A DNA stretch of 64,000 nt from Candidatus Dormiibacterota bacterium (GTDB lineage: Bacteria; Chloroflexota; Dormibacteria; Aeolococcales; Aeolococcaceae). Each line of letters opens with the position of its first letter. The stretch's first letter is position 1. The notes below the pieces were generated by a model. It had not been told where the DNA came from, made no database searches, and saw only the letters and a program-made list of their open reading frames with translations. The stretch spans positions 4,402-68,401 of the forward strand of contig JBEPVD010000006.1 of NCBI GenBank assembly GCA_041691155.1, written 5' to 3'. Of the stretch, positions 44,971 to 53,979 are shown piece by piece. The position numbers and the translations under genes were made by a program.

Positions 44971-47133
44971 TCAGCCGCGCGTGTGCGGCAGCGCTGGCTC
45001 GGGGACGGGTTGCGCGGCCACGGTGAAACCGGTGATCTCCGCTGCGGATGCGGCGCGACGCCGGCGTCGGTACAACGGCAGGGCTGCGATCACGATGAGC
45101 ACCAGCGTGACGACACCGCTTGCGATGTACGCGCCGCGCACCACGGGCCAGCGGCCGTATTCGATGGTGATGCTGCCCCGCGACGCGTTGGTGAATCCGG
45201 TGAGGGCGCCGAGCTCTTCCGTTGCGACTTCGCCGTTCATCGACCAACTCGTGTCGTACGGTTCCGCGACCACCAGTCTCGATGCGCCGGATGTGGTGTG
45301 CATGGTGACCTGCACGGGACTCGCCGATGTCACACCCACGGGCGCGCTTGGTGGCGCATGAATGTTGAGGGCCGGTTCGCGGATGGGACCCGGTCCGGGA
45401 TGACGAACGATCACGTAGTAGTCAGTCAGGGATGCTTCCTGCGCGAGCCCGACAACGTCGCCCCAGGTGTCGACAGTCACTGTTGCGGCGGGTGCCGTCG
45501 CAAGCAGCGCAGGTTCGATGTTCTCGAAAAGCGTGAGGTCACCCCAGGAACGCACGACTCGAATGTCAGTCTGCGCATTGATGAACCCGTAGTCCTTCCA
45601 GTCATCGGTCTTGGCAAGCAGGATGTAGCGGATGCCCAGTGGCGCGAGCAGCCTCCCAAGATGTGTGGTCTCGCTGCCGACGGAAAACACGTATTCGAGG
45701 TAACGCGAGCGCAAGTCCGACGACTCGGTCTCGATGTCCCCAGCCTCGATGTTGTCGCCGGAAATGACCGGTCGCTGAAAAAACGACGCCATGGGGTTGA
45801 CGACGGTGCGCCCCTGGGTCCACGGAAAGTCGAGGTAGAGATGCCAGGGCAAGGCCAGCACAGCCTGGTCGCCGCGGCCCATGAGGCCGTCAGCCTGCGC
45901 CCATGACGCCGGGTAGCTGGACGGCGATGCGTAGCCGGCGAATCCCCAGAAGGTTGTGAAACCGTACGCGCACGGCACGGCCAGCGCTATGCCAACCACC
46001 AGCACGCGCTGCACCCTTTGTCGACCGAGCGTGTACACGCAGCTGACGCCAAGCCCGAAGAACGTCGCATACGCAAGGGCCAGCAACGCCGAGAATTTCT
46101 CGGGCTCGCGCATGATGGCAAACCCCGGAAGGTGGTCATACAGCTGCGCAAAGAGACTTCCTGTCGGTCCCTGATTCCCCATCGCCAAAAAGAATGCGGT
46201 GACGGCGGCAATGCCGAGGGTCAGCACGAGCGTCCGGTTGCGGAGCTGCCGCCACGCGAACCAGCCGCCGATGCCGGCCACGATGAGGATCGCAAGCAGG
46301 ATGAGTGGCCAACCGCTCACGAAATCCTTGGGCAGTGGCGCGCCGGGGCGCCAGAAACCGTACAGCCCGAGCACGTTGACACCGAGTCCGAGATGGGTGT
46401 CGGCGCTCGTCTGGAAGCTCGTGAGATCGGCGTTGGTGACCGGCAACGCCTCGGGGTGATAGATGAGCGCCGGAACGATCCAGTACACGCCCACCGCCGC
46501 AACCGCGAGCAGCGATCCGGCGATCGTCTTGACGCGCTCCCAGTCGCGCGTACTGCCGCACACCACAAGCGCGATCACGATCAGCAGGCCGGCGATGAAG
46601 ATGAAGTGCGGAGCGAGCGCGATGAGCAGCGAAATCAATAGGCCGGTCGTGATCGCATGTCTGAGGGTGCGTGCGGTACGCGCGAACAACATCGACGCGA
46701 GCAGCGGGAGCAGTGCGTATCCGACGGTGAGATACACCTGGCCGGCGCTCAGGCGGTCGTCCGACCACGGGTTCACCACGTACAACGTCGTCGCCGCCGC
46801 AATCGCGAGATACCGAGTGCCGAGCAGCCGGCGGAAACCGATCCACGCCAGCGGCGCCAGGAGTACGAAGGGCAGCAGCCGCAGCCATCCCCAGTTGATG
46901 GCATGGAACATCGCGAATAACACGATGTCCATGGGGGCCCGCGTCACGAGTCCTGGCGGGAATCCCCAGATGCTGGCATCCAGCTGCGGGTGCGGGCCTG
47001 CCGGGTACGTCCCGTAGTCGAGCAGCAGGAGCGTTCCGGTATGCGCGAGCGGCGCAACGATTGCGATCGTCAAACCGCCGCAGACGAGGACTCCGAGCCA
47101 CAACCCGGGTCTCCGGCGCAACTTCGCGATCAC
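44971..47133 (-). CDS. 720-aa polytopic membrane protein, GT-C-like glycosyltransferase/polymerase candidate
   Basis: About 12 or more N-terminal hydrophobic helices, a large C-terminal extracytoplasmic domain, and a final TM followed by RRRRR. The GTG start overlaps the stop of the upstream GT4 (GTGA). Family not resolved. Confidence 0.55.
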   Translation of the reverse strand: MIAKLRRRPGLWLGVLVCGGLTIAIVAPLAHTGTLLLLDYGTYPAGPHPQLDASIWGFPPGLVTRAPMDIVLFAMFHAINWGWLRLLPFVLLAPLAWIGFRRLLGTRYLAIAAATTLYVVNPWSDDRLSAGQVYLTVGYALLPLLASMLFARTARTLRHAITTGLLISLLIALAPHFIFIAGLLIVIALVVCGSTRDWERVKTIAGSLLAVAAVGVYWIVPALIYHPEALPVTNADLTSFQTSADTHLGLGVNVLGLYGFWRPGAPLPKDFVSGWPLILLAILIVAGIGGWFAWRQLRNRTLVLTLGIAAVTAFFLAMGNQGPTGSLFAQLYDHLPGFAIMREPEKFSALLALAYATFFGLGVSCVYTLGRQRVQRVLVVGIALAVPCAYGFTTFWGFAGYASPSSYPASWAQADGLMGRGDQAVLALPWHLYLDFPWTQGRTVVNPMASFFQRPVISGDNIEAGDIETESSDLRSRYLEYVFSVGSETTHLGRLLAPLGIRYILLAKTDDWKDYGFINAQTDIRVVRSWGDLTLFENIEPALLATAPAATVTVDTWGDVVGLAQEASLTDYYVIVRHPGPGPIREPALNIHAPPSAPVGVTSASPVQVTMHTTSGASRLVVAEPYDTSWSMNGEVATEELGALTGFTNASRGSITIEYGRWPVVRGAYIASGVVTLVLIVIAALPLYRRRRRAASAAEITGFTVAAQPVPEPALPHTRG

Positions 47134-48257
47134 GCGTGCCGTCTGACGGTACCCCGGATGCGCGCACTGCCATTGCTTGGTGCCACGCCGGCGAGGAGAA
47201 CAGGTTCGGCAGGATCAGGAGTGCCGATTGCGCCGTTACCGCTGAGTACCTGGCGGTACAGGGCAACCGTCTGATCAGCGACGCGATCCAGCAGGAACCT
47301 CGCTTCGACAAAACCTTTCCCTGCCGCGCCGACCCGGCGTCGGCGTGCGCGGTCGGCGAGGAGCAGTTGAATCGCGTCGGCGGCGCTCGCGTGGTCTCCA
47401 TAGCGGACCACCGCGCCCCCCGATCGTGTCACCAGCGGTGCGAGTGCGACGCCGTCCGTGACGACCACCGGGCAGCTGTGCGCCCATGCCTCGATGACGA
47501 CACGCGAGAACGCCTCATACCGCGATGGAACCAGCGTGACGTCAGCGCATCCGTAGGCGAGATCCACCAGCCCGTCGTTGATCCACCCGGTGCAGACGAC
47601 TCCCGGAACGGCAGCAAGCCGATGGTCCTCGGGCGCGCCGATGAGCAGAAGCGTCGCATCACCATGCCGGCGCCGTACGGCCGTGATGACGTCAGCGGCG
47701 AAGTCGAGTCCCTTGCGTCCCTCCGAGCGCCCGACGCTGAGAATGAGTGGCCCGGGACCCACCCCGAGGTCGCGACGACCCGCGCGCGTTTCGGCGTCGC
47801 TCAACAGTGGAGCGACGGACCGCACTGCCGGTGGGATGACGCGGACGCAGCGAGCACCCATGCGCGTGAAGAAGTCTGCCTCCTCTTGAGTAAGGGCGAC
47901 GACCGCGTCGGTGAAACGGGCCGCATGGGGCGCGGCGAAATCGAACCCTTCCATCACCCGCAATGCGCCGCGTTGCCTCCACATAGCCCTCCGTGCCGGA
48001 TGGAAGGTCGGCGTCCACACGAGACGCCGCCGCGCCGCCTTGGTTGCAACCATCATCGACCAGGCGGTGGGCGATGGGAGACAACCGTACACATGCACGA
48101 GCGCATCCGGGAGCCGGCGCAGCCCAGCACGAAGCTCGGCCATATCGCGCACGACCTGCACCTGGCCGCCACGCCGCCGGATGCCCTCAACCTGGTTGTC
48201 CACATCCACGCGTATGCCGCCGGGTTGGCGAACGGAGTACGCGAGCAACGCTTGCAT
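47130..48257 (-). CDS. glycosyltransferase family 4 (GT-B)
   Basis: C-terminal GT4 signature (LVPSRYEAFSRVVIEAWAHSCPVVVTD). ATG at 48255-48257, 1 nt after the upstream stop (TGAcATG). Confidence 0.8.
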   Translation of the reverse strand: MQALLAYSVRQPGGIRVDVDNQVEGIRRRGGQVQVVRDMAELRAGLRRLPDALVHVYGCLPSPTAWSMMVATKAARRRLVWTPTFHPARRAMWRQRGALRVMEGFDFAAPHAARFTDAVVALTQEEADFFTRMGARCVRVIPPAVRSVAPLLSDAETRAGRRDLGVGPGPLILSVGRSEGRKGLDFAADVITAVRRRHGDATLLLIGAPEDHRLAAVPGVVCTGWINDGLVDLAYGCADVTLVPSRYEAFSRVVIEAWAHSCPVVVTDGVALAPLVTRSGGAVVRYGDHASAADAIQLLLADRARRRRVGAAGKGFVEARFLLDRVADQTVALYRQVLSGNGAIGTPDPAEPVLLAGVAPSNGSARIRGTVRRHA

Positions 48258-48258
48258 G

Positions 48259-49260
48259 TCAGAGGCCGGCGAGCGCATGTGCACTTGTCCATTCCGTGCG
48301 CAGCACGTTGCGCAGCCCGCGCCAATCATCTCGTGGCGGATGCATCCAGGCAGGCAGCAAACCCGACGCTGTCGCCAGTGCCTCGAGATCGATGCCGCCA
48401 TCACCGTCGACGGTTTGCAGCAGGGCGATCGCCGCCGCGCCGAGCTGGTGCTCGGATGAGCGTCCACGCATCACCGCGGGCCATCGCTGGTTCCCGCGCA
48501 ACTGCGACAGGGAAGCGTATTGGAAATTGCGGAATACGGTGCTCGGCAACGTGCGGCGGGGCTGGAGACCGGTCAGCTCGCTGAGCAGCAGGCTTCGCGT
48601 CGTCAACCACGACCGCGGTCCCTTGGCTTCCGACACCAGACACGCAATCGCGGGATCGTGCGAGATATCGATTGCCTGATCGAGCGTCGCGGCGTAACGG
48701 CCCCGCCGGAGCAGACGCAGCTGCACGAGATGGAGCAACGCCTTGTCAACGCTTCTCGCGACGGTGGTGTGATCCCAGCTGTCCATTGGTGCGGGAGGGT
48801 CGGCGCCGTCGAGCAGCAGAAACACAGCGGTCATGAGATACGAGTAGGCGCTCCCCGCGGTGATCCGGAACATCGGCGGCCGCTCAACGGCGAAACCGTC
48901 CGGGACCGAGAGCAACCGCCCCTCCGTCCACAGCTTCCAGACGAACAGGTTGGTCGCGCTGCGGTGGACCTGGAACGCAGGCATCGGGTTGAGAGAAACC
49001 GGTGCGTTGAGTGTCTGCTCGAGTTCGGTTTTCGCCTGGCGCAAGCGGCCGAGCGCACGAGGGATGCGCGCAAGGGGCAGAACCGTCACGAGGTCGTAGT
49101 CGCTGGTGCTGTCGGCAGAGCCGATCGCCCGGCTGCCCGCGAGCATGACCGGGACGGGGCCGACCGCACGATGAATGGTCGCGACGATAGCGTCCCAGTC
49201 GGGCTCCACGCTTGCCGTAGCGAGGGACACCCGTTGGCCGGCGGCGTGGACGGCGGTCAC
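48259..49260 (-). CDS. Pol-beta-superfamily nucleotidyltransferase-fold protein
   Basis: NTase signature GSRAIGSADSTSDYDL followed by a helical domain of about 250 aa. The GTG start overlaps the flippase stop (GTGA at 49257-49260). The upstream 91 codons of the listed ORF overlap the flippase gene. Confidence 0.55.
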   Translation of the reverse strand: MTAVHAAGQRVSLATASVEPDWDAIVATIHRAVGPVPVMLAGSRAIGSADSTSDYDLVTVLPLARIPRALGRLRQAKTELEQTLNAPVSLNPMPAFQVHRSATNLFVWKLWTEGRLLSVPDGFAVERPPMFRITAGSAYSYLMTAVFLLLDGADPPAPMDSWDHTTVARSVDKALLHLVQLRLLRRGRYAATLDQAIDISHDPAIACLVSEAKGPRSWLTTRSLLLSELTGLQPRRTLPSTVFRNFQYASLSQLRGNQRWPAVMRGRSSEHQLGAAAIALLQTVDGDGGIDLEALATASGLLPAWMHPPRDDWRGLRNVLRTEWTSAHALAGL

Positions 49261-50570
49261 GTGCCCACCAGTGTCGCTGCGACTCCGCTCTCGACGCGGT
49301 GGCCCTCGAGTATCGCGACACCTGCGGGCTGTACCGGCTTGCGCAGCATCGCCCACGTGGTCAGCGCGGTTGCGGTCACACCAAATGTCGCGATGAGCAC
49401 ATGCAGCAATTGCGGAATCGTGCTGTGACTGGAGTACAACCCGAAAACGAGCGCAACCGCGGCCGTGCCGAGCACGCCGATGACGGCGCTCTGTCGCTGT
49501 GCCAGCAGGTACATTGCCGAGAGGTACACACACCCGTAGAGGCCGAAGGCGACGCCTGCCAACGCGACATACGGATTGGCGGCGCCGAACCTCGCGCCGA
49601 GCAACGGAATCACCACCAGTTGCGGCTCGAGGCTGAAAACGCCCGCGATGACCAATGTGCCGGCGAGCACCACGGCGAGTGCAATGCCAAGGCGCTTGCG
49701 CGCGTCCTCGCCGCGGTCATGGTGTGAGCTGAACAGCGGGAAGAGATAAATCGAGAGCACCGAGGTGATGAAATACACAATCTTTCCGCAGATCGACACG
49801 CCCGCATACAAGCCGGCAGCCGACGGACTCATGTAGTGCTTGGCAGCCAGTGTGTCTATGGACAGCAGGACGGCAAGCAGCACGAGCGTTGCGAGTGTCA
49901 CCAGCGAATAGCGCGCCGGATGTACTCGCGGGATGTGGCGGACAGCACCATAGGGCAGATAGCGGAGCATCAGGCTCCCGACCACAACGGCACACGCCGC
50001 GCCGACGACCACCGCGAGCATCCCACCGGTCGCTCCGCGCCAGAAGAGGCTCAGCAAGGCGATGGCACTGGCGATTTTCGCCAGGGCCTCCACGGCGGTG
50101 CTGATCGCGAGGCGGCCGAATCGCTGCGATCCTTGCAGCACGCCACGCTGCAGCAGCGCCACGCACCAGATGGGAAGCGCCGCGGCGAGCACGATGATCG
50201 GACCCACCGTGTCGATCCGCAGAAACCCGGCGATCCAGGGGCTTGCGGCCATGAGCGCGAGACTCCCGACCACACCCATGAGGAGGAGACGCTTGCCGTA
50301 GAACCACATCGCACCACGGAGATCGGAGACCCGGCCACTGCTGATGTACGCGGTCGTTTCCCGGCTCGCGACGGTCTGGATCGTGATCAACAGCGGGTTG
50401 ACGAGGTACAGCAGTCCGACCGCAGCGGCCAGTGAACCGTAGGTTGCCGGTCCGAGGAGTCGCGCGCCCGCCGCGTTGAAAATGAAATTGGACAGCTGCC
50501 ACAGGAGCGTTGCAGCGAAAACCGGGGCTCCGGCGCGGACGAAGGGCAACCGCAGGAGGCGTCGCGTCAT
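49257..50570 (-). CDS. Wzx-like oligosaccharide flippase (MOP superfamily)
   Basis: 437 aa with 12 or more TM helices. The N-terminal pattern (LLWQLSNFIFNAAGARLLGPATYGSLAAA) is typical of polysaccharide biosynthesis flippases. ATGA overlap with the upstream gene. Confidence 0.75.
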   Translation of the reverse strand: MTRRLLRLPFVRAGAPVFAATLLWQLSNFIFNAAGARLLGPATYGSLAAAVGLLYLVNPLLITIQTVASRETTAYISSGRVSDLRGAMWFYGKRLLLMGVVGSLALMAASPWIAGFLRIDTVGPIIVLAAALPIWCVALLQRGVLQGSQRFGRLAISTAVEALAKIASAIALLSLFWRGATGGMLAVVVGAACAVVVGSLMLRYLPYGAVRHIPRVHPARYSLVTLATLVLLAVLLSIDTLAAKHYMSPSAAGLYAGVSICGKIVYFITSVLSIYLFPLFSSHHDRGEDARKRLGIALAVVLAGTLVIAGVFSLEPQLVVIPLLGARFGAANPYVALAGVAFGLYGCVYLSAMYLLAQRQSAVIGVLGTAAVALVFGLYSSHSTIPQLLHVLIATFGVTATALTTWAMLRKPVQPAGVAILEGHRVESGVAATLVGT

Positions 50571-51799
50571 CGGACGTACGAACGTTGTGCCGGCACGGGC
50601 TCCGGCCGCACCGCCGCGCTCCCGAGACCAAGCAGGTTCAAACACATCGGCGCAAGTGCGACCGTCTCCGGCGGGTCGAACGTCGCCGGGCCGACTGCAT
50701 TCGGGGCAATCAGGATCCCCAACTGGTCCGGATCCGCCGGGTCGTACGCGTGCATTGCCTTCGGCTTGATGTACGAATGGAAGTTCGGAAAGATGGCGGT
50801 TCCTGGATCGAGCAGGAACATGTCGTCGCCGTACAACCTCGAGTCGAACCGCAGGTGGAACTTGTCCATCTCGTTTGCGCCGAGCCAGTGGCCCTGGTAG
50901 GTGCTGGCGACTATGTCGCGCACCTCGTCGCGCAAGCCTGCATCGTCGCGCCAGTACCAGACACGGACCATGGTCGCGTCCAGTGCGAAGAGGAATTGTT
51001 TCGGGAAGCCGGGATGGCGATGCAGTCGAGGAATGCCGTGTTGTTCCTTGATGCGCGACATGCCGTGATCCGAAAAGATCAGCGTGGATGCATCTGGGTG
51101 CTGGCGCTTGACGGCATCGACGGTCCGGCGGACGAGCGCATCGGTACTGGTCACCGAGCTACGGAAACGAGGCGAATCGATCCCAAACAGGTGCGATGCC
51201 ATGTCGATGTGATGCAGGTACACGAAGATCAATCCGATATCAGCGGGAAGGTTGGCGGCGCGCTCCACCAGCGTGTCCCGGTCGATCTTCGATGAGTCGA
51301 GATACGCGAACGGGATCCCCGCATCGCGACACCGATCGAAAATGGTTGGCGATTCCAACGCCCGATACGAAGTCATCGGAACCCGAAGGGTCAAGTCGAA
51401 ATAGGGGAGCGCACGGAATGGCACGTTGCGCAAATCCATATGCGCAAGCTGCCGGCGCTTGGCCAGCGCGCGCATCGCGCTCATGGACACGACCATCTTG
51501 GTGCCGCGCAGTGCGAGGTCGCTCGGAAATCGATCGAGCGCAGCAAAGTTGTTGGCCCAACCCCAGGGCGAAGACGTTGGCCGCATCGAGTACTCCATCC
51601 AGTACCCGTGTTCGTCCGGATATCGCCCCGTGAACATGGTTGCGCGGATGCCGTCGCTGTAACCCAGGATCGGCCGCAGGGGCGAGCTCCATCCCTCCTG
51701 AGCGAGCCCATGCAGATACGGGGTCCCGTGTTCGCTGATGTAGTCGTGGCGGAACGCGTCGACGAGGAAGCAGATGAGCGGGGGCTGATGTCTCGACAT
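50567..51799 (-). CDS. alkaline-phosphatase-superfamily protein, nucleotide pyrophosphatase/phosphodiesterase (NPP) type
   Basis: 410 aa, soluble. Metal-ligand region FLVDAFRHDY and nucleophile region RATMFTGRYPDEHGY. Confidence 0.7.
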   Translation of the reverse strand: MSRHQPPLICFLVDAFRHDYISEHGTPYLHGLAQEGWSSPLRPILGYSDGIRATMFTGRYPDEHGYWMEYSMRPTSSPWGWANNFAALDRFPSDLALRGTKMVVSMSAMRALAKRRQLAHMDLRNVPFRALPYFDLTLRVPMTSYRALESPTIFDRCRDAGIPFAYLDSSKIDRDTLVERAANLPADIGLIFVYLHHIDMASHLFGIDSPRFRSSVTSTDALVRRTVDAVKRQHPDASTLIFSDHGMSRIKEQHGIPRLHRHPGFPKQFLFALDATMVRVWYWRDDAGLRDEVRDIVASTYQGHWLGANEMDKFHLRFDSRLYGDDMFLLDPGTAIFPNFHSYIKPKAMHAYDPADPDQLGILIAPNAVGPATFDPPETVALAPMCLNLLGLGSAAVRPEPVPAQRSYVR

Positions 51800-51800
51800 G

Positions 51801-53258
51801 TCAGGCGAGCCGCTGCAACCGGATGTGCTCTCGATCCATGCTCATGCCGGCGAGATCCACCGGCGAGGACGTGCTCGTGGCCCGCCCAACGCCCTCATAC
51901 CGAGGCGCTGACTCGATGCCCGAGAGATCCTCGTAGAGCGCAACGTAGTGGTCGAGTACCTCAGGCCACATCGAACTCACCATCCGCTTGCGCGCCTCCT
52001 CACCCATGCGCTTCAGTCGAGGCCGGTCCTCGGTGAGGAAGCGAAGGCACATCGTCAGCTGCCCGATGTCCCCAGGTTTGACGAGGAAGCCCGTTTTCCA
52101 GTCCTCGACGACGGCGGGGATGCCGCCGACGCGACTGGCGACCACCGGCGTCCCGCAGGCCATCGCCTCGAGGATCACGAGCGGCGATGACTCCGAGACC
52201 GACGGAAGGACGAGCAGATCCGCGCCCGCGTAGTAGCGGCCCAACTCCGTTGGACGGAGGTGCCCCGCCATATGGATACGATCCGCGACCCCGAGCTGGA
52301 CGGCGAGCTGCCTGATCCGATGCCTCGCCGGCCCGTCTCCGACAAAGACGCAGGTGATGCCTGGTGCGTCGCTGAGGGCGCGGAGCAGGATGTCAGGAGA
52401 CTTCCGCAGATCGAGGCTGCCAACAAAGAGGCAGTAGCTGCCGATCCCCAGCTGTTCGGAGACCGAGAGCACGCCTGCTCGCGACTCGGACAGGCTGTCG
52501 ATGTCGATCGCGTTCTGAATTGAAGCGACACGCTCTCGCGAGATGCCCCACCGCGTGGTCAGCTCCTGCGCGAGCAGATCGAAATTGGTGACGATGCGGT
52601 CGACACGACGAAACGCGGTGACATTCAGCGCCTGGTAGATGGCCTTGCGGATGAGGCGCTCCCACCAACGGCGGTACTGACACATCCATGGGGTCGCGTC
52701 GTGTTCGGTGTATACGACGGGGATCGTTGCCGTTGCCGCCTTCGCCCGAATTGCGCTGAGCGCTCCGTGGCAGTGAATGACGTCGAACCCCTCGCGGCTG
52801 CGCTTCACCTCTCGTCGAATGCGGCGGCCAACCGCCAGGTTACCGGCGAGATGCTGCACCATCCAGCGCGCGAACCCTCGCGGAAAACGCAGTACCAGCG
52901 CGCGTAGCGGCGCCACCCCGACAGGAATGACCCTGAGACCCACGGGGAGGGCGACATGTTTGCTGTCGACGTCCGCGATGAGCGTTACCGAGTGTCCGCG
53001 CGCAACCAGGGCTTTGGCGAGCTGGAACGTGACGAGCTCAGCACCCCCCGCACCCGGGCCTATAGGGAGCACCCCTCGCGACGCAATGAGGACACGCAAC
53101 CGGGTTGCGTCATGACGCGGCGTCGTTAACGATTCGATGTAGGCGACGTCCGCGTCATAGCGCTGGTGGCGGCGCCGTTCAATTCGCAGTGTCTTGATGA
53201 GTCCAATGTCTCCGCGCGTGGAATCGGCTTGCAAAAACGCTGTCGACCGCCGTCGCAA
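51801..53258 (-). CDS. glycosyltransferase family 4 (GT-B)
   Basis: EX7E-type region (PSVSESSPLVILEAMACGTPVV) and N-terminal GGAELV. The first 50 or so codons may be non-coding, so the start is uncertain. Confidence 0.8.
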   Translation of the reverse strand: MRRRSTAFLQADSTRGDIGLIKTLRIERRRHQRYDADVAYIESLTTPRHDATRLRVLIASRGVLPIGPGAGGAELVTFQLAKALVARGHSVTLIADVDSKHVALPVGLRVIPVGVAPLRALVLRFPRGFARWMVQHLAGNLAVGRRIRREVKRSREGFDVIHCHGALSAIRAKAATATIPVVYTEHDATPWMCQYRRWWERLIRKAIYQALNVTAFRRVDRIVTNFDLLAQELTTRWGISRERVASIQNAIDIDSLSESRAGVLSVSEQLGIGSYCLFVGSLDLRKSPDILLRALSDAPGITCVFVGDGPARHRIRQLAVQLGVADRIHMAGHLRPTELGRYYAGADLLVLPSVSESSPLVILEAMACGTPVVASRVGGIPAVVEDWKTGFLVKPGDIGQLTMCLRFLTEDRPRLKRMGEEARKRMVSSMWPEVLDHYVALYEDLSGIESAPRYEGVGRATSTSSPVDLAGMSMDREHIRLQRLA

Positions 53259-53435
53259 CCATTCCCCTCCGCAGTGGTTAAGAAGGGATTATGGGAGACG
53301 CTAAGCGCGTCAACTGCGTCAAAACATTGGACCTTAGTCTTACGACGTGTTCGATTTGGTTGGAAGCCTTGACGCGAACGGGGCGATGTGTAAGGATGGC
53401 GCCTTCAACCGGCCACCGTCCATGTGAGGATCGAA

Positions 53436-53882
53436 ATGCCCAAGCTCAGCCGACGCATCGGACGATCGATGTCGAATGTGGTGATCGCCGGTGTGACCAT
53501 CGTTCTACTCGGGGCGTTCGGGACCAGCCTTGCGTTCGCTGCGCCGGCCCCTGCGACAACCTCATCACAGGGTCCCGGCTACAAGCCGCCCCGCCCGTTC
53601 GTCAACTGCAACCCCAAGGACCCGCACCTCTTCGGCGGCTGTCAGGTCGTGTTCAAGGACGTATCGGACCCGAACGGCAACGCTGGCCTCCAGGTCTGCT
53701 TCAAGACCACCGGCACCAACGTGGTCATCGGCAAGAGCGCGAACTGCACGCCCGAGAATGCTCGCGGCAACGCCTTCGCCGTCTTCCTTGCCCGTCAGTG
53801 TGGCAAGGCGACGATCACCGCAACGGAGCGCAGCAAAGGACGGACTCGAGCTGCCAGCGTGAGGATCAACGTCGTCTGCTGA
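53436..53882 (+). CDS. small secreted Cys-rich protein
   Basis: ATG 53436 preceded by GAGGA. Signal peptide (VIAGVTIVLLGAFGTSLAFA). 6 Cys in about 110 mature residues, including the C-terminal residue. Confidence 0.5.
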   Translation: MPKLSRRIGRSMSNVVIAGVTIVLLGAFGTSLAFAAPAPATTSSQGPGYKPPRPFVNCNPKDPHLFGGCQVVFKDVSDPNGNAGLQVCFKTTGTNVVIGKSANCTPENARGNAFAVFLARQCGKATITATERSKGRTRAASVRINVVC

Positions 53883-53979
53883 TAGCGCCCCAAGTCTGAC
53901 CGGAGGCACGAGTCCGCCACTTCGCAATCGGAGATCGCGCTCCCTGATCGCGACGGAGCGGCGCACTCATGAATAACCC

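Noticed and set aside
47061-48584. 507-aa plus-strand ORF (longest shadow ORF in the glycan locus)
   Set aside because: It is antisense to the GT4 and NTase genes. Those minus-strand genes have family motifs and coupled stop/start junctions, whereas this frame is Arg/Pro/Ala-rich.
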